Sequence record: MZ234022.1
Origin: Escherichia phage vB_EcoP-101120B1-2
DNA length: 39,845 nucleotides
Reading direction: 5' to 3' (one strand)
The notes beneath the pieces were generated by a model, which searched no databases, had not been told where the DNA came from, and saw nothing but the letters and a program-made list of their open reading frames with translations. Shown here in pieces: positions 9,886 to 16,858 of this stretch. Numbering within the stretch: the stretch's first letter is position 1; every line of letters starts with the position of its first letter. A program made the translations under genes and the position numbers.

Positions 9886-10121
9886 CGCCGTAATGGTAAC
9901 AATCAACGAAAGTAAGACCTAAGGTCAGTTCATAGCTGACGCTACTCTACTGACCTTAGCTACTGTAGTCAAGGACTTTAGGTAACACCTTAAAAGAAGC
10001 TCACTTAGGGTCATCCTACTTATTGGTCTATCCTAGTGTCGCCTGACCTACGGTCCTTGACCTACAGTAGCTGGTTCCTAAGGAGGGACGATGAGTTTTG
10101 GACCAAAAGTTTGAGACCACA

Positions 10122-10310
10122 TCTCACAGTTCAAGAACATCAAGTCTCCCCCATAGGCCTCTTTCAGTCCAGACCAAAGGCCCTACCCCAGTCTATCATA
10201 AGGTTGGACCGATGGTCAAGACTTCAGGTCAACGATAGGTTGTGGCTATGGCTTAGGGAAGGACGATAGGTTGGGACTATGGGTCTGTCTTTGAGTCTCT
10301 ATCTGTATCA
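10122..10310. repeat. Predicted direct terminal repeat / concatemer junction region (present once in this circular assembly); genome left end predicted near 10122
   Basis: TCTCACAGTT...CCCCCATAGG...GTCTGTCTTTGAGTCTCTATCTGT resembles the T7 left end TCTCACAGTG...CCCCCATAGGGGG...GTTTGTCTTTGGGTG...CCCTATCTGTTACAGTC as recalled. Boundaries are approximate. Confidence 0.3.
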
Positions 10311-10324
10311 GACCTTGAGTCACT

Positions 10325-10381
10325 ACCTACAGTCTAACTACCTACAGTCATCGACCATCGGTAATGCCGCTACCTACAGTC
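10325..10381. repeat. Three direct copies of ACCTACAGTC (10325, 10340, 10372), with related copies GACCTACGGT / GACCTACAGT at 10044-10070
   Basis: Seen directly in the sequence. Analogous in position to the short repeat arrays beside the T7 terminal repeat. Confidence 0.5.
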
Positions 10382-10507
10382 ATCGACCTACGGTTAATAG
10401 ACACAAGGATATAGACTTAAGGTCTAATACATGTTAGTCAAAGACTATATCCTCTTAGTCACTATGGGGCCGACGATAGCTTAATCAATATTATTTAAGA
10501 TTACCTA

Positions 10508-10536
10508 TTGACTACAGGTCCAGACTATGGCTTAAT
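10508..10536 (+). promoter_or_regulatory. Host sigma70-type early promoter (T7 A1-like): -35 TTGACT, 17-bp spacer, -10 CTTAAT
   Basis: TTGACT at 10508-10513 and CTTAAT at 10531-10536; downstream ACGACACGGCAAC resembles the T7 A1 transcribed region ACACGGCGAA. Confidence 0.45.
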
Positions 10537-10648
10537 AGCTTCCGTCAACACGACACGGCAACAACCGGATAGTGAAGACGCCGGGTCATCCCGGTTAAGT
10601 AGACAGCCTGATAAGTCATACGAACAACAGGCAGATGACAGAAAGTAG

Positions 10649-10678
10649 TTGACAAGATGTACCGACTTAAAGTAGTAT
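10649..10678 (+). promoter_or_regulatory. Host sigma70-type early promoter (T7 A2/A3-like): -35 TTGACA, 18-bp spacer, -10 TAGTAT
   Basis: GTAGTTGACAAGATGTACCGACTTAAAGTAGTATGTACCACATC resembles T7 A3 TTGACAACATGAAG...TACGATGTACCACATG. Confidence 0.45.
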
Positions 10679-10790
10679 GTACCACATCAACACGAAACAA
10701 CGGTGACGACCAACACTGAAACGGTCTACCTGAAGTCCTCTGACTGAAGGGAATGCTCTTTAACAATCTGGATAAACTCTTAATGTGCGC

Positions 10791-10854
10791 CGACAGTGAT
10801 TAACTACAGGGTCTTTGAGTCTACATCTGAAGGCCCTGACTGATAGTCACTAAC
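10791..10854 (+). promoter_or_regulatory. Conserved 64-nt hairpin, early family copy 1 (candidate RNase III site, T7 R0.3 position)
   Basis: Near-identical to 11939..12002 (one mismatch); shorter variant at 11119..11171. Upper stem CAGGGTCTT/AAGGCCCTG, lower stem AGTGA/TCACT, separated by an internal loop, as in T7 RNase III sites. Confidence 0.55.
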
Positions 10855-10861
10855 TTAACGG

Positions 10862-11116
10862 ATGGACACTATGAAACACTTAAGCACAATCACTAATCGC
10901 AATGAAGTATTCGTGAACACTAAAGGTTATGCGTGGATTCAGCTTAAAGAGATGAGAGGAGCGCGTCACCGTGTGGTAGTTCGCAAGGTATCAAGCAAGC
11001 CGTTCAGCAACTACAGCGTAGATACTATGCGTATAGACAACGAGACTTACCTGATAGACTCGCAGATAACCGTGCGTCCTACAGCGGGCATCTCAGCTCC
11101 TTATTTCGCTAACTGA
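10862..11116 (+). CDS. Hypothetical early protein (84 aa), first gene of the early operon, upstream of the Ocr homolog
   Basis: ORF bracketed by two copies of the conserved early hairpin; MDTMKHLSTITNRNEVFVNTKGYAWIQLKEMRGARHRVVVRKV...; basic. No T7 counterpart recognised. Confidence 0.55.
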   Translation: MDTMKHLSTITNRNEVFVNTKGYAWIQLKEMRGARHRVVVRKVSSKPFSNYSVDTMRIDNETYLIDSQITVRPTAGISAPYFAN

Positions 11117-11118
11117 GA

Positions 11119-11171
11119 GTGATTAACTACAGGTCGTTAGACTGATAGCGGCCTGACTGATAGTCACTAAC
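11119..11171 (+). promoter_or_regulatory. Conserved hairpin, early family copy 2 (shorter variant) immediately upstream of the Ocr homolog
   Basis: GAGTGATTAACTACAGG...GGCCTGACTGATAGTCACTAAC shares both flanking arms with copies 1 and 3. Confidence 0.45.
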
Positions 11172-11199
11172 ACATAATTAACTTTGAGAGGATATAACT

Positions 11200-11706
11200 A
11201 TGGAACGTAATGCTAACGCATACTATGAGCTGCTGGCTGCAACCGTTGAGGCATTTATCGAGCGTATTCAGTACGACCACCTGACTCAAGATGATGACTA
11301 CAGCGATGCGCTGCATGAGGTCGTAGACGGTCAGGTTCCACACTATTACCACGAGATTTTTACGGTGATGGCTGCTGATGGTATAGACCACGAGTTCGAA
11401 GACTCTGGGCTGATGCCTGAAACCAAGGACGTAACGCGTATCCTACAAGCTCGCATCTATGAGGCGCTTTATAACGATGTGTCTAATAGCTTGGATGTAG
11501 TCTGGTTTGAGGATGAAGAGGCAGAAGAAGAGGATGAATATTGGGTAGTTGACGCTAAAACAGGCGCAATAATTGTGCAAGCTGTAGCTCTTGAGGTCGC
11601 TACTGCATGTACCAAGGTTAACTATGCGGCAGGTCGCCACCTGAAGGTGGAAGACATCAATGATAACGTAGTGTTCGACCCTGCGGCTGAGGACTGCGAG
11701 CGATGA
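11200..11706 (+). CDS. ocr: Ocr-like DNA mimic (gp0.3 homolog, anti-restriction) with an extra C-terminal region of about 45 aa
   Basis: [43 protein letters not shown] matches T7 Ocr [43 protein letters not shown]. The acidic run [10 protein letters not shown] corresponds to the T7 C-terminus but the ORF continues (168 vs 117 aa). Confidence 0.85.
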   Translation: MERNANAYYELLAATVEAFIERIQYDHLTQDDDYSDALHEVVDGQVPHYYHEIFTVMAADGIDHEFEDSGLMPETKDVTRILQARIYEALYNDVSNSLDVVWFEDEEAEEEDEYWVVDAKTGAIIVQAVALEVATACTKVNYAAGRHLKVEDINDNVVFDPAAEDCER

Positions 11707-11873
11707 TAACTTACGGTTTATGCCAGCACCACGTCACCAACGCCCGACTTATGGTCAAGACCGGGCGGTTAACCCATGATGAGACTATGCGTCTCCTGAA
11801 GGTGGTCTACAAGCGCCGCAAGCGCATACACGACAGTTTGCACGCTGAGGATAACCAACAATGCTCCAGATAA
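11703..11873 (+). CDS. Small hypothetical early protein (56 aa), basic
   Basis: ATGA overlap with the Ocr stop; [56 protein letters not shown]; weak RBS. Confidence 0.3.
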   Translation: MITYGLCQHHVTNARLMVKTGRLTHDETMRLLKVVYKRRKRIHDSLHAEDNQQCSR

Positions 11874-11938
11874 CTTATAGCAGCGAACAAGCGTTCTACG
11901 ACGGGTGCTACGAGATGATGAAGCGCGATACTTGCTAG

Positions 11939-12002
11939 CGACAGTGATTAACTACAGGGTCTTTGAGTCTACATCTGAAGGCCCTGACTGATAGCCACTA
12001 AC
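11939..12002 (+). promoter_or_regulatory. Conserved 64-nt hairpin, early family copy 3 (candidate RNase III site)
   Basis: 63 of 64 nt identical to 10791..10854; immediately upstream of ORF 12019. Confidence 0.55.
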
Positions 12003-12018
12003 AACTGAGAGGACAGAT

Positions 12019-12246
12019 ATGAACACAATCACTGGTGCCATAGCCAAAGGTTTTCGAGCAATTTTCAGTGAATCGCAAGAAGTATGCACCAATCATAAAT
12101 TCGTACTTTCTTGCGTAGTAGGGGACGAGTTTGACGGATTCGATAAACTGGTGGTTTGCGACCATTGTGGACAAGAGGCTATCCAACGCTCAAACGGTAA
12201 ATTTGAATTAATAGACGATAGCCTTACAGAAGGAGACGGCGAGTAA
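12019..12246 (+). CDS. Hypothetical early protein (75 aa) with Cys-containing motif (C..C...CDHCG), possible zinc ribbon
   Basis: SD GAGAGGA upstream of ATG; MNTITGAIAKGF...VCTNHKFVLSCVVGDEFDGFDKLVVCDHCGQEAIQ; acidic C-terminus. Confidence 0.55.
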   Translation: MNTITGAIAKGFRAIFSESQEVCTNHKFVLSCVVGDEFDGFDKLVVCDHCGQEAIQRSNGKFELIDDSLTEGDGE

Positions 12247-12378
12247 CCTAGATAAACAGGAGAGAACCAAATCGTAGCTTGACCATAACGCTGACAGGTG
12301 GATACTGAGTGATAGACGAGAGGCCGTCGAATGATAGGTGGCCTCAAAGATTATCACTTGAATTAATAGGAGTTAACT

Positions 12379-12468
12379 ATGAGTGTGGGATATTGGGTCT
12401 GCCTAGCGCCAGTTATCTGGATGATAGGCTATGGGTTATACGACTGTATTAAACGGAAATCACTATGA
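12379..12468 (+). CDS. Tiny hydrophobic peptide (29 aa), putative
   Basis: SD AGGAG 6 nt upstream of ATG; MSVGYWVCLAPVIWMIGYGLYDCIKRKSL; ATGA overlap with the next ORF. Confidence 0.25.
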   Translation: MSVGYWVCLAPVIWMIGYGLYDCIKRKSL

Positions 12469-12662
12469 GTCTTGCACTATTGATAGCCATAGGCTATGGA
12501 CTTATCGCATACGTGCTGGTGAGAGACATCAACAAGGCACGTAAAGTCTATAAATTCAACTATGTACGTATGGTCCGCTGGACTGTACGTCAACCTAACG
12601 GACGATTCCTGCGCAATTTAGCGAACGTCTGGGATATAGCAACTCTTGGGAGCAAACTGTAA
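12465..12662 (+). CDS. Hypothetical early membrane protein (65 aa), N-terminal TM segment
   Basis: MSLALLIAIGYGLIAYVLV then basic tail; translationally coupled to its neighbours. Confidence 0.45.
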   Translation: MSLALLIAIGYGLIAYVLVRDINKARKVYKFNYVRMVRWTVRQPNGRFLRNLANVWDIATLGSKL

Positions 12663-12988
12663 TGAACAAGTCATACGGGATTAATCTGGTACACTCTATG
12701 GACGCAGAAATGAACATGTTAAGCCTACTGGCTACCGGGTATCGTCACGGAACGTCAAGTCACACCGCACGTCAACAGCAGGAGAGGGACCGTGTACTAC
12801 AGGCGCGACTCAGGGCAGAGGGCCATAAGTCCGAACTGATGTGTCTGGCGTATGGCGGACGACCGATCACTGACGATGGTAAACTTCTGGTATCAGGCTG
12901 GAAGGCGATAGACCAACGGTCAACCATCAAGCACACGACTCACGGTGACTTCAGCCGTCTCCACGCTAACCCACTGATATGCAAGTGA
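12662..12988 (+). CDS. Hypothetical early protein (108 aa), last gene before the RNA polymerase gene
   Basis: ORF at the position T7 uses for gene 0.7, but far too short to be the 359-aa kinase and no kinase motifs seen. Confidence 0.5.
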   Translation: MNKSYGINLVHSMDAEMNMLSLLATGYRHGTSSHTARQQQERDRVLQARLRAEGHKSELMCLAYGGRPITDDGKLLVSGWKAIDQRSTIKHTTHGDFSRLHANPLICK

Positions 12989-12993
12989 TTATG

Positions 12994-13016
12994 ACTTAAC
13001 TATCACTATAGGACTC
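12994..13016 (+). promoter_or_regulatory. Phage RNA polymerase promoter immediately upstream of the RNA polymerase gene, CTTAACTATCACTATAGGACTC
   Basis: Core ACTATCACTATAGG; +1 about 75 nt upstream of the gene 1 ATG; leader contains direct repeats AAGTGAAAGAC x2. Confidence 0.7.
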
Positions 13017-13085
13017 AAGGTCTAAGACTCCAAGTGAAAGACCAAAGAGACTTTAAGTGAAAGACTAATAACAAGGACTTTAAGT

Positions 13086-15767
13086 ATGAGCGTCATCTCT
13101 ATTGACAAACACGACTTCTCTGATGTGTCGAACGCCATTGAGCCGTTTAACCTGCTGGCTGACCACTACGGGCAAGACCTTGCAGTCAAACAGCTTCAGC
13201 TTGAGCATGAGGCCTACACTGAAGGTGAGCGACGTTTCATCAAGAACCTTGAGCGTCAGACCGAGCGAGGGGAACTGGCAGACAATCAGGTCGCCAAGCC
13301 TTTGATGCAGACTCTGGTTCCTAAGATTGCGCAAGCCGTCAAGGAGTGGCACGAAGGTCCAGACGGGAAGCTGTCAACCTCACGTCCGAGCGTAGCGTTC
13401 ACCATGTTAAGCACTGAAGAGAAGGCCGTCAAGGACCGCTCTCTTCGCATCTCCTGCGAGTCTGCTGCGGTTATCATACTGAAGGTCATCCTCTCCAAGC
13501 TGGTCAAGCCTGAAGGTATACCGATTACACCGATGGCCTCCGCGATAGGTCGCACACTTGAGGATGAAATCCGATTCGGTCGCATTCGTGACAAGGAGAA
13601 GGAGCACTTCAAGAAGGCGATAGCTGATAACCTGAACAAGAGAGCCGGGGCATCATACAAGAAAGCCTACATGCAAGCGGTCGAGACATCCATGCTGGAG
13701 CAAGGCCAACTAGAAGATGCGTGGGGAACTTGGAGTCCGACCGAGGCTGTCCACGTTGGAATCAAGATGCTGGAGATTGTCATACAGTCAACACAACTGG
13801 TCAAGCTTAAGCGTTACGGTGCTGGCAATGCAGCGGCTGACGTTGAGATGGTCCACCTGTCAGACTTCTGGGTCAAGAAGATGGCACAACGAGGATTCAG
13901 CCTTGCGGGTATCGCCCCAGTCTACCAGCCTTGCGTCGTTCCGCCTAAGCCGTGGACTGGTGTCGTAGGCGGTGGGTATTGGGCCAAAGGTCGAAGACCA
14001 TTGCCACTGATTCGCTTAGGGTCTAAGTCTGCGGTAGCACGTTATGAAGACGTATACATGCCTGAAGTCTATGAAGCTGTGAATATCATCCAGAATACAC
14101 CTTGGAAAGTGAACAAGAAGGTATTGGACGTGGTGAACAGGGTCGAGAAGCTGAACAACACGCCTATTAATGACATCCCTCAGATGGAACCGCTGAAGCC
14201 TGAGGACTATGCTGGTGAAACCGAGGAGGAACTCAAGGCATGGAAGAAGGCTGCTGCTGGTATCTATCGCCGCGAGAAGGCCAGACAGTCACGCAGATTA
14301 TCACTGAGCTTTATCGTTAACCAAGCAAACAAGTTCTCTCAGTTCAAGGCCATCTGGTTCCCGTACAACATGGATTGGCGAGGTCGTGTCTACGCTGTCC
14401 CGATGTTCAACCCTCAGGGTAACGACATGCAGAAGGGGCTCCTGACTCTGGCAGTCGGCAAGCCTATTGGTGCTGACGGTTTCAAATGGCTGAAGGTCCA
14501 CGGTGCAAACTGTGCGGGTGTCGATAAAGTCACCTTCGATGAGCGCATCAAGTGGGTGGAAGACAACCACGAAAACATCATGGCTGCTGCTAAGGCACCG
14601 ATGGATAGCATTGAGTGGTGGGGCAAGTTAGACTCTCCGTTCTGCTTCCTAGCGTTCTGCTTCGAGTATGCTGGCGTAATGCACCACGGCTTGTCTTACT
14701 CCTGCTCGCTGCCGATAGCGTTCGATGGGTCCTGCTCTGGGATTCAGCACTTCAGCGCTATGCTTCGCGACCACATCGGTGGACATGCAGTAAACCTGAC
14801 GCCATCCGGTAAGGTCCAAGACATCTACCGCATCGTGTCTGACCGCATTGAGGAGGAGCTTAAAGTCCTACTGGTTAACGGTACGGACAACGAGATGGTA
14901 ACTCACGAGGACAAGAAAACTGGTGAGATTACCGAGCGTCTCAAGCTGGGGACACGAGAGCTTGCCCGTCAGTGGCTGACCTACGGTATGTCACGAAAGG
15001 TCACTAAGCGTTCGGTCATGACTCTGGCCTACGGGTCGAAAGAGTACGGCTTCGCAGACCAAGTTTACGAGGACATCGTGATGCCAGCGATTGACTCAGG
15101 GTCTGGCGCTATGTTCACTGAACCAAGCCAAGCAGCTCGCTTCATGGCTAAGATGATTTGGGAAGCTGTGAGTGTGACCGTAGTTGCTGCGGTTGACGCG
15201 ATGAAATGGCTTCAGGGTGCTGCCAAGCTGCTTGCTGCTGAAGTGAAGGACAAGAAGACTGGAGAAATCCTGAAGCCTTGTCTTCCGGTACACTGGGTCA
15301 CACCTGATGGTTTCCCTGTCTGGCAGGAATACCGAAAGAAGGACACCACTCGTCTGAACCTGATGTTCTTAGGGTCATTCAACCTTCAGCCTACCGTCAA
15401 CAAAGGCACGAAGAAAGAGCTGGACAAGCACAAGCAGGAGTCAGGCATTAGCCCGAACTTCGTCCACTCACAAGATGGTAGCCACCTCCGCAAGACTGTA
15501 GTCCACACGCACCGCAAATATGGCGTGATGTCATTCGCAGTGATTCACGATAGCTTCGGGACCATCCCGGCTGACGCTGAGTATCTGTTCCGTGGAGTCC
15601 GTGAGACGATGGTCGAGACCTACCGCGACAACGATGTGCTGCTTGACTTCTACGAGCAGTTTGAATACCAGCTTCACGAGAGCCAGAGAGACAAGTTGCC
15701 TGAGCTTCCTAAGAAAGGTAAACTGAATATCGAAGACATCTTGTCTTCAGACTTTGCATTCGCTTAA
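13086..15767 (+). CDS. Single-subunit DNA-dependent RNA polymerase (gp1 homolog)
   Basis: 893 aa, collinear with T7 RNAP (883 aa): RFGRIRD, FQPCVVPPKPWTG, AIWFPYNMDWRGRVYAV, FNPQGNDM, DGSCSGIQHFSAMLRD, VTKRSVMTLAYGS, FVHSQDGSHLR, IHDSFGT, C-terminal DFAFA. Confidence 0.98.
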   Translation: MSVISIDKHDFSDVSNAIEPFNLLADHYGQDLAVKQLQLEHEAYTEGERRFIKNLERQTERGELADNQVAKPLMQTLVPKIAQAVKEWHEGPDGKLSTSRPSVAFTMLSTEEKAVKDRSLRISCESAAVIILKVILSKLVKPEGIPITPMASAIGRTLEDEIRFGRIRDKEKEHFKKAIADNLNKRAGASYKKAYMQAVETSMLEQGQLEDAWGTWSPTEAVHVGIKMLEIVIQSTQLVKLKRYGAGNAAADVEMVHLSDFWVKKMAQRGFSLAGIAPVYQPCVVPPKPWTGVVGGGYWAKGRRPLPLIRLGSKSAVARYEDVYMPEVYEAVNIIQNTPWKVNKKVLDVVNRVEKLNNTPINDIPQMEPLKPEDYAGETEEELKAWKKAAAGIYRREKARQSRRLSLSFIVNQANKFSQFKAIWFPYNMDWRGRVYAVPMFNPQGNDMQKGLLTLAVGKPIGADGFKWLKVHGANCAGVDKVTFDERIKWVEDNHENIMAAAKAPMDSIEWWGKLDSPFCFLAFCFEYAGVMHHGLSYSCSLPIAFDGSCSGIQHFSAMLRDHIGGHAVNLTPSGKVQDIYRIVSDRIEEELKVLLVNGTDNEMVTHEDKKTGEITERLKLGTRELARQWLTYGMSRKVTKRSVMTLAYGSKEYGFADQVYEDIVMPAIDSGSGAMFTEPSQAARFMAKMIWEAVSVTVVAAVDAMKWLQGAAKLLAAEVKDKKTGEILKPCLPVHWVTPDGFPVWQEYRKKDTTRLNLMFLGSFNLQPTVNKGTKKELDKHKQESGISPNFVHSQDGSHLRKTVVHTHRKYGVMSFAVIHDSFGTIPADAEYLFRGVRETMVETYRDNDVLLDFYEQFEYQLHESQRDKLPELPKKGKLNIEDILSSDFAFA

Positions 15768-15782
15768 CAACAGGAGAAGTAT

Positions 15783-16013
15783 ATGTCAATGAAACTTGTA
15801 GCACACAACAGGGTATTCAACGATGGGTCGGGACGTTGCCATGTAGAGCTGACTTATAAGGATTTAATCATTCTCCGAGACAGATTACAGTCGGGTGTGA
15901 CTGGGTGGATTCAACCTAACGAGTACAACCTTATAGCTTCGATTGATGAAGTTCTTAACGCGTGGATGGAAGACGAGCGCATTCAGTATCCGTCATTCCC
16001 TCTAATTAGATAA
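15783..16013 (+). CDS. Hypothetical protein (76 aa) between the RNAP gene and gene 1.1
   Basis: SD AGGAGA upstream of ATG; no T7 counterpart recognised at this position. Confidence 0.5.
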   Translation: MSMKLVAHNRVFNDGSGRCHVELTYKDLIILRDRLQSGVTGWIQPNEYNLIASIDEVLNAWMEDERIQYPSFPLIR

Positions 16014-16023
16014 GGAGAGAGTT

Positions 16024-16239
16024 ATGAAATTTGCACACAAGCATACTGGCGTTAATGGTGGGACTCAAATCGTGACCGTAACAGAACACAACGGCAAGGG
16101 TCTGGTGAAGACCACGGTCACCCCTACCGAGATGTCCAAGCAGCTTAACATCCCGTTCAAGACTCTTGTATATCTGGTCGAGTCCAGCCACGAGAAGTAC
16201 CTGAAGGACGCAGTGTCCAAGCTGGAGCAGGCCAAATGA
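16024..16239 (+). CDS. Hypothetical protein (71 aa) between the RNAP gene and gene 1.1
   Basis: SD AAGGAGA upstream of ATG; MKFAHKHTGVNGGTQIVTVTEHNGKGLVKTTVTPTEMSKQ... Confidence 0.5.
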   Translation: MKFAHKHTGVNGGTQIVTVTEHNGKGLVKTTVTPTEMSKQLNIPFKTLVYLVESSHEKYLKDAVSKLEQAK

Positions 16240-16314
16240 CAGACATACAGTTACTGGCCCTGTGGCTGGGAGCACTCGCAGTATTCACTTTAATCCAACG
16301 CAGAAGAGGTTAAC

Positions 16315-16337
16315 CCTAAACTATCACTATAGGCTTA
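16315..16337 (+). promoter_or_regulatory. Phage RNA polymerase promoter (phi1.1 position), CTAAACTATCACTATAGGCTTAG
   Basis: Core motif, intergenic. Confidence 0.75.
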
Positions 16338-16379
16338 GACTCAAGGTCATGACTCAAAGTCGTGGCCTTCATGATTAAC
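16336..16379 (+). promoter_or_regulatory. Conserved RNA hairpin, late family copy 2 (candidate RNase III site, R1.1 position)
   Basis: TAGACTCAAGGTCAT...GTGGCCTTCATGATTAAC; same stem as copies at 6693 and 23562. Confidence 0.45.
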
Positions 16380-16410
16380 CCTAAATAAACACTACTGGAG
16401 ATTTAACCGT

Positions 16411-16590
16411 ATGTATCAGAACACTATCAACTTCGAGCGCATCCGTGAACGTCAGCAGACTGAAGGTTACATCCCTAAGGGCCGCAAGCTGAACAAGACT
16501 AAACGTGGCGGTGGTATCAAAGGCGCTTTCAGAAACGCTGAAGGTAAAGACTCTCTGGTCAACCAAGAGAAATACTTCGTAGGAGCATAA
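16411..16590 (+). CDS. gp1.1 homolog (59 aa, basic)
   Basis: MYQNTINFERIRERQQTEGYIPKGRKLNKTKRGGGIK...; GRKLNKTKR matches T7 gp1.1. Below the track threshold. Confidence 0.6.
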   Translation: MYQNTINFERIRERQQTEGYIPKGRKLNKTKRGGGIKGAFRNAEGKDSLVNQEKYFVGA

Positions 16591-16594
16591 CTCT

Positions 16595-16858
16595 ATGGGC
16601 CGACTTTATAGTGGCAACCTCAACGCTTTCAGAGCAGCGTGTAACAGGCTTTATCAGTTAGACTTCTGCGTGATACAGCAGGACTGGTACGACGCGCATC
16701 TTCGGAAAGAGTGCATGAGACTTCAAGTCGAGGACCGAGCTGGTAACATCTTCGCGCTTGAGACCTTCGCACACTACGATGAAGACGTGCTGTATAATAC
16801 CGCAACCGACTACCTCAACGGTCTCGCTGACCATCTCGACACATGGAGCAAAGAATAA
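16595..16858 (+). CDS. gp1.2 homolog (inhibitor of host dGTP triphosphohydrolase Dgt)
   Basis: MGRLYSGNLNAFRAACNRLYQLDFCVIQQDWYDAHLRKECMRLQVEDRAGN... matches T7 gp1.2 MGRLYSGNLAAFKAATNKLFQLDLAVIYDDWYDAYTRKDCIRLRIEDRSGN. Confidence 0.9.
   Translation: MGRLYSGNLNAFRAACNRLYQLDFCVIQQDWYDAHLRKECMRLQVEDRAGNIFALETFAHYDEDVLYNTATDYLNGLADHLDTWSKE

Noticed and set aside
10040-10400. Possible CRISPR array suggested by the repeated ACCTACAGTC-type motifs
   Set aside because: Repeats are only about 10 nt with irregular spacing and no cas genes; position and sequence match the terminal short-repeat region of T7-like genomes.
12662-12988. Candidate gp0.7 protein kinase
   Set aside because: Only 108 aa with no kinase motifs; the T7 kinase is 359 aa. 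Treated as a hypothetical protein and the kinase considered absent.
16843-16857. Longer ligase start (MEQRIMTTIK...) from the track
   Set aside because: It would overlap gp1.2 out of frame; the TAATG-coupled ATG at 16858 yields MTTIKTNP, matching the T7 ligase N-terminus MMNIKTNP.
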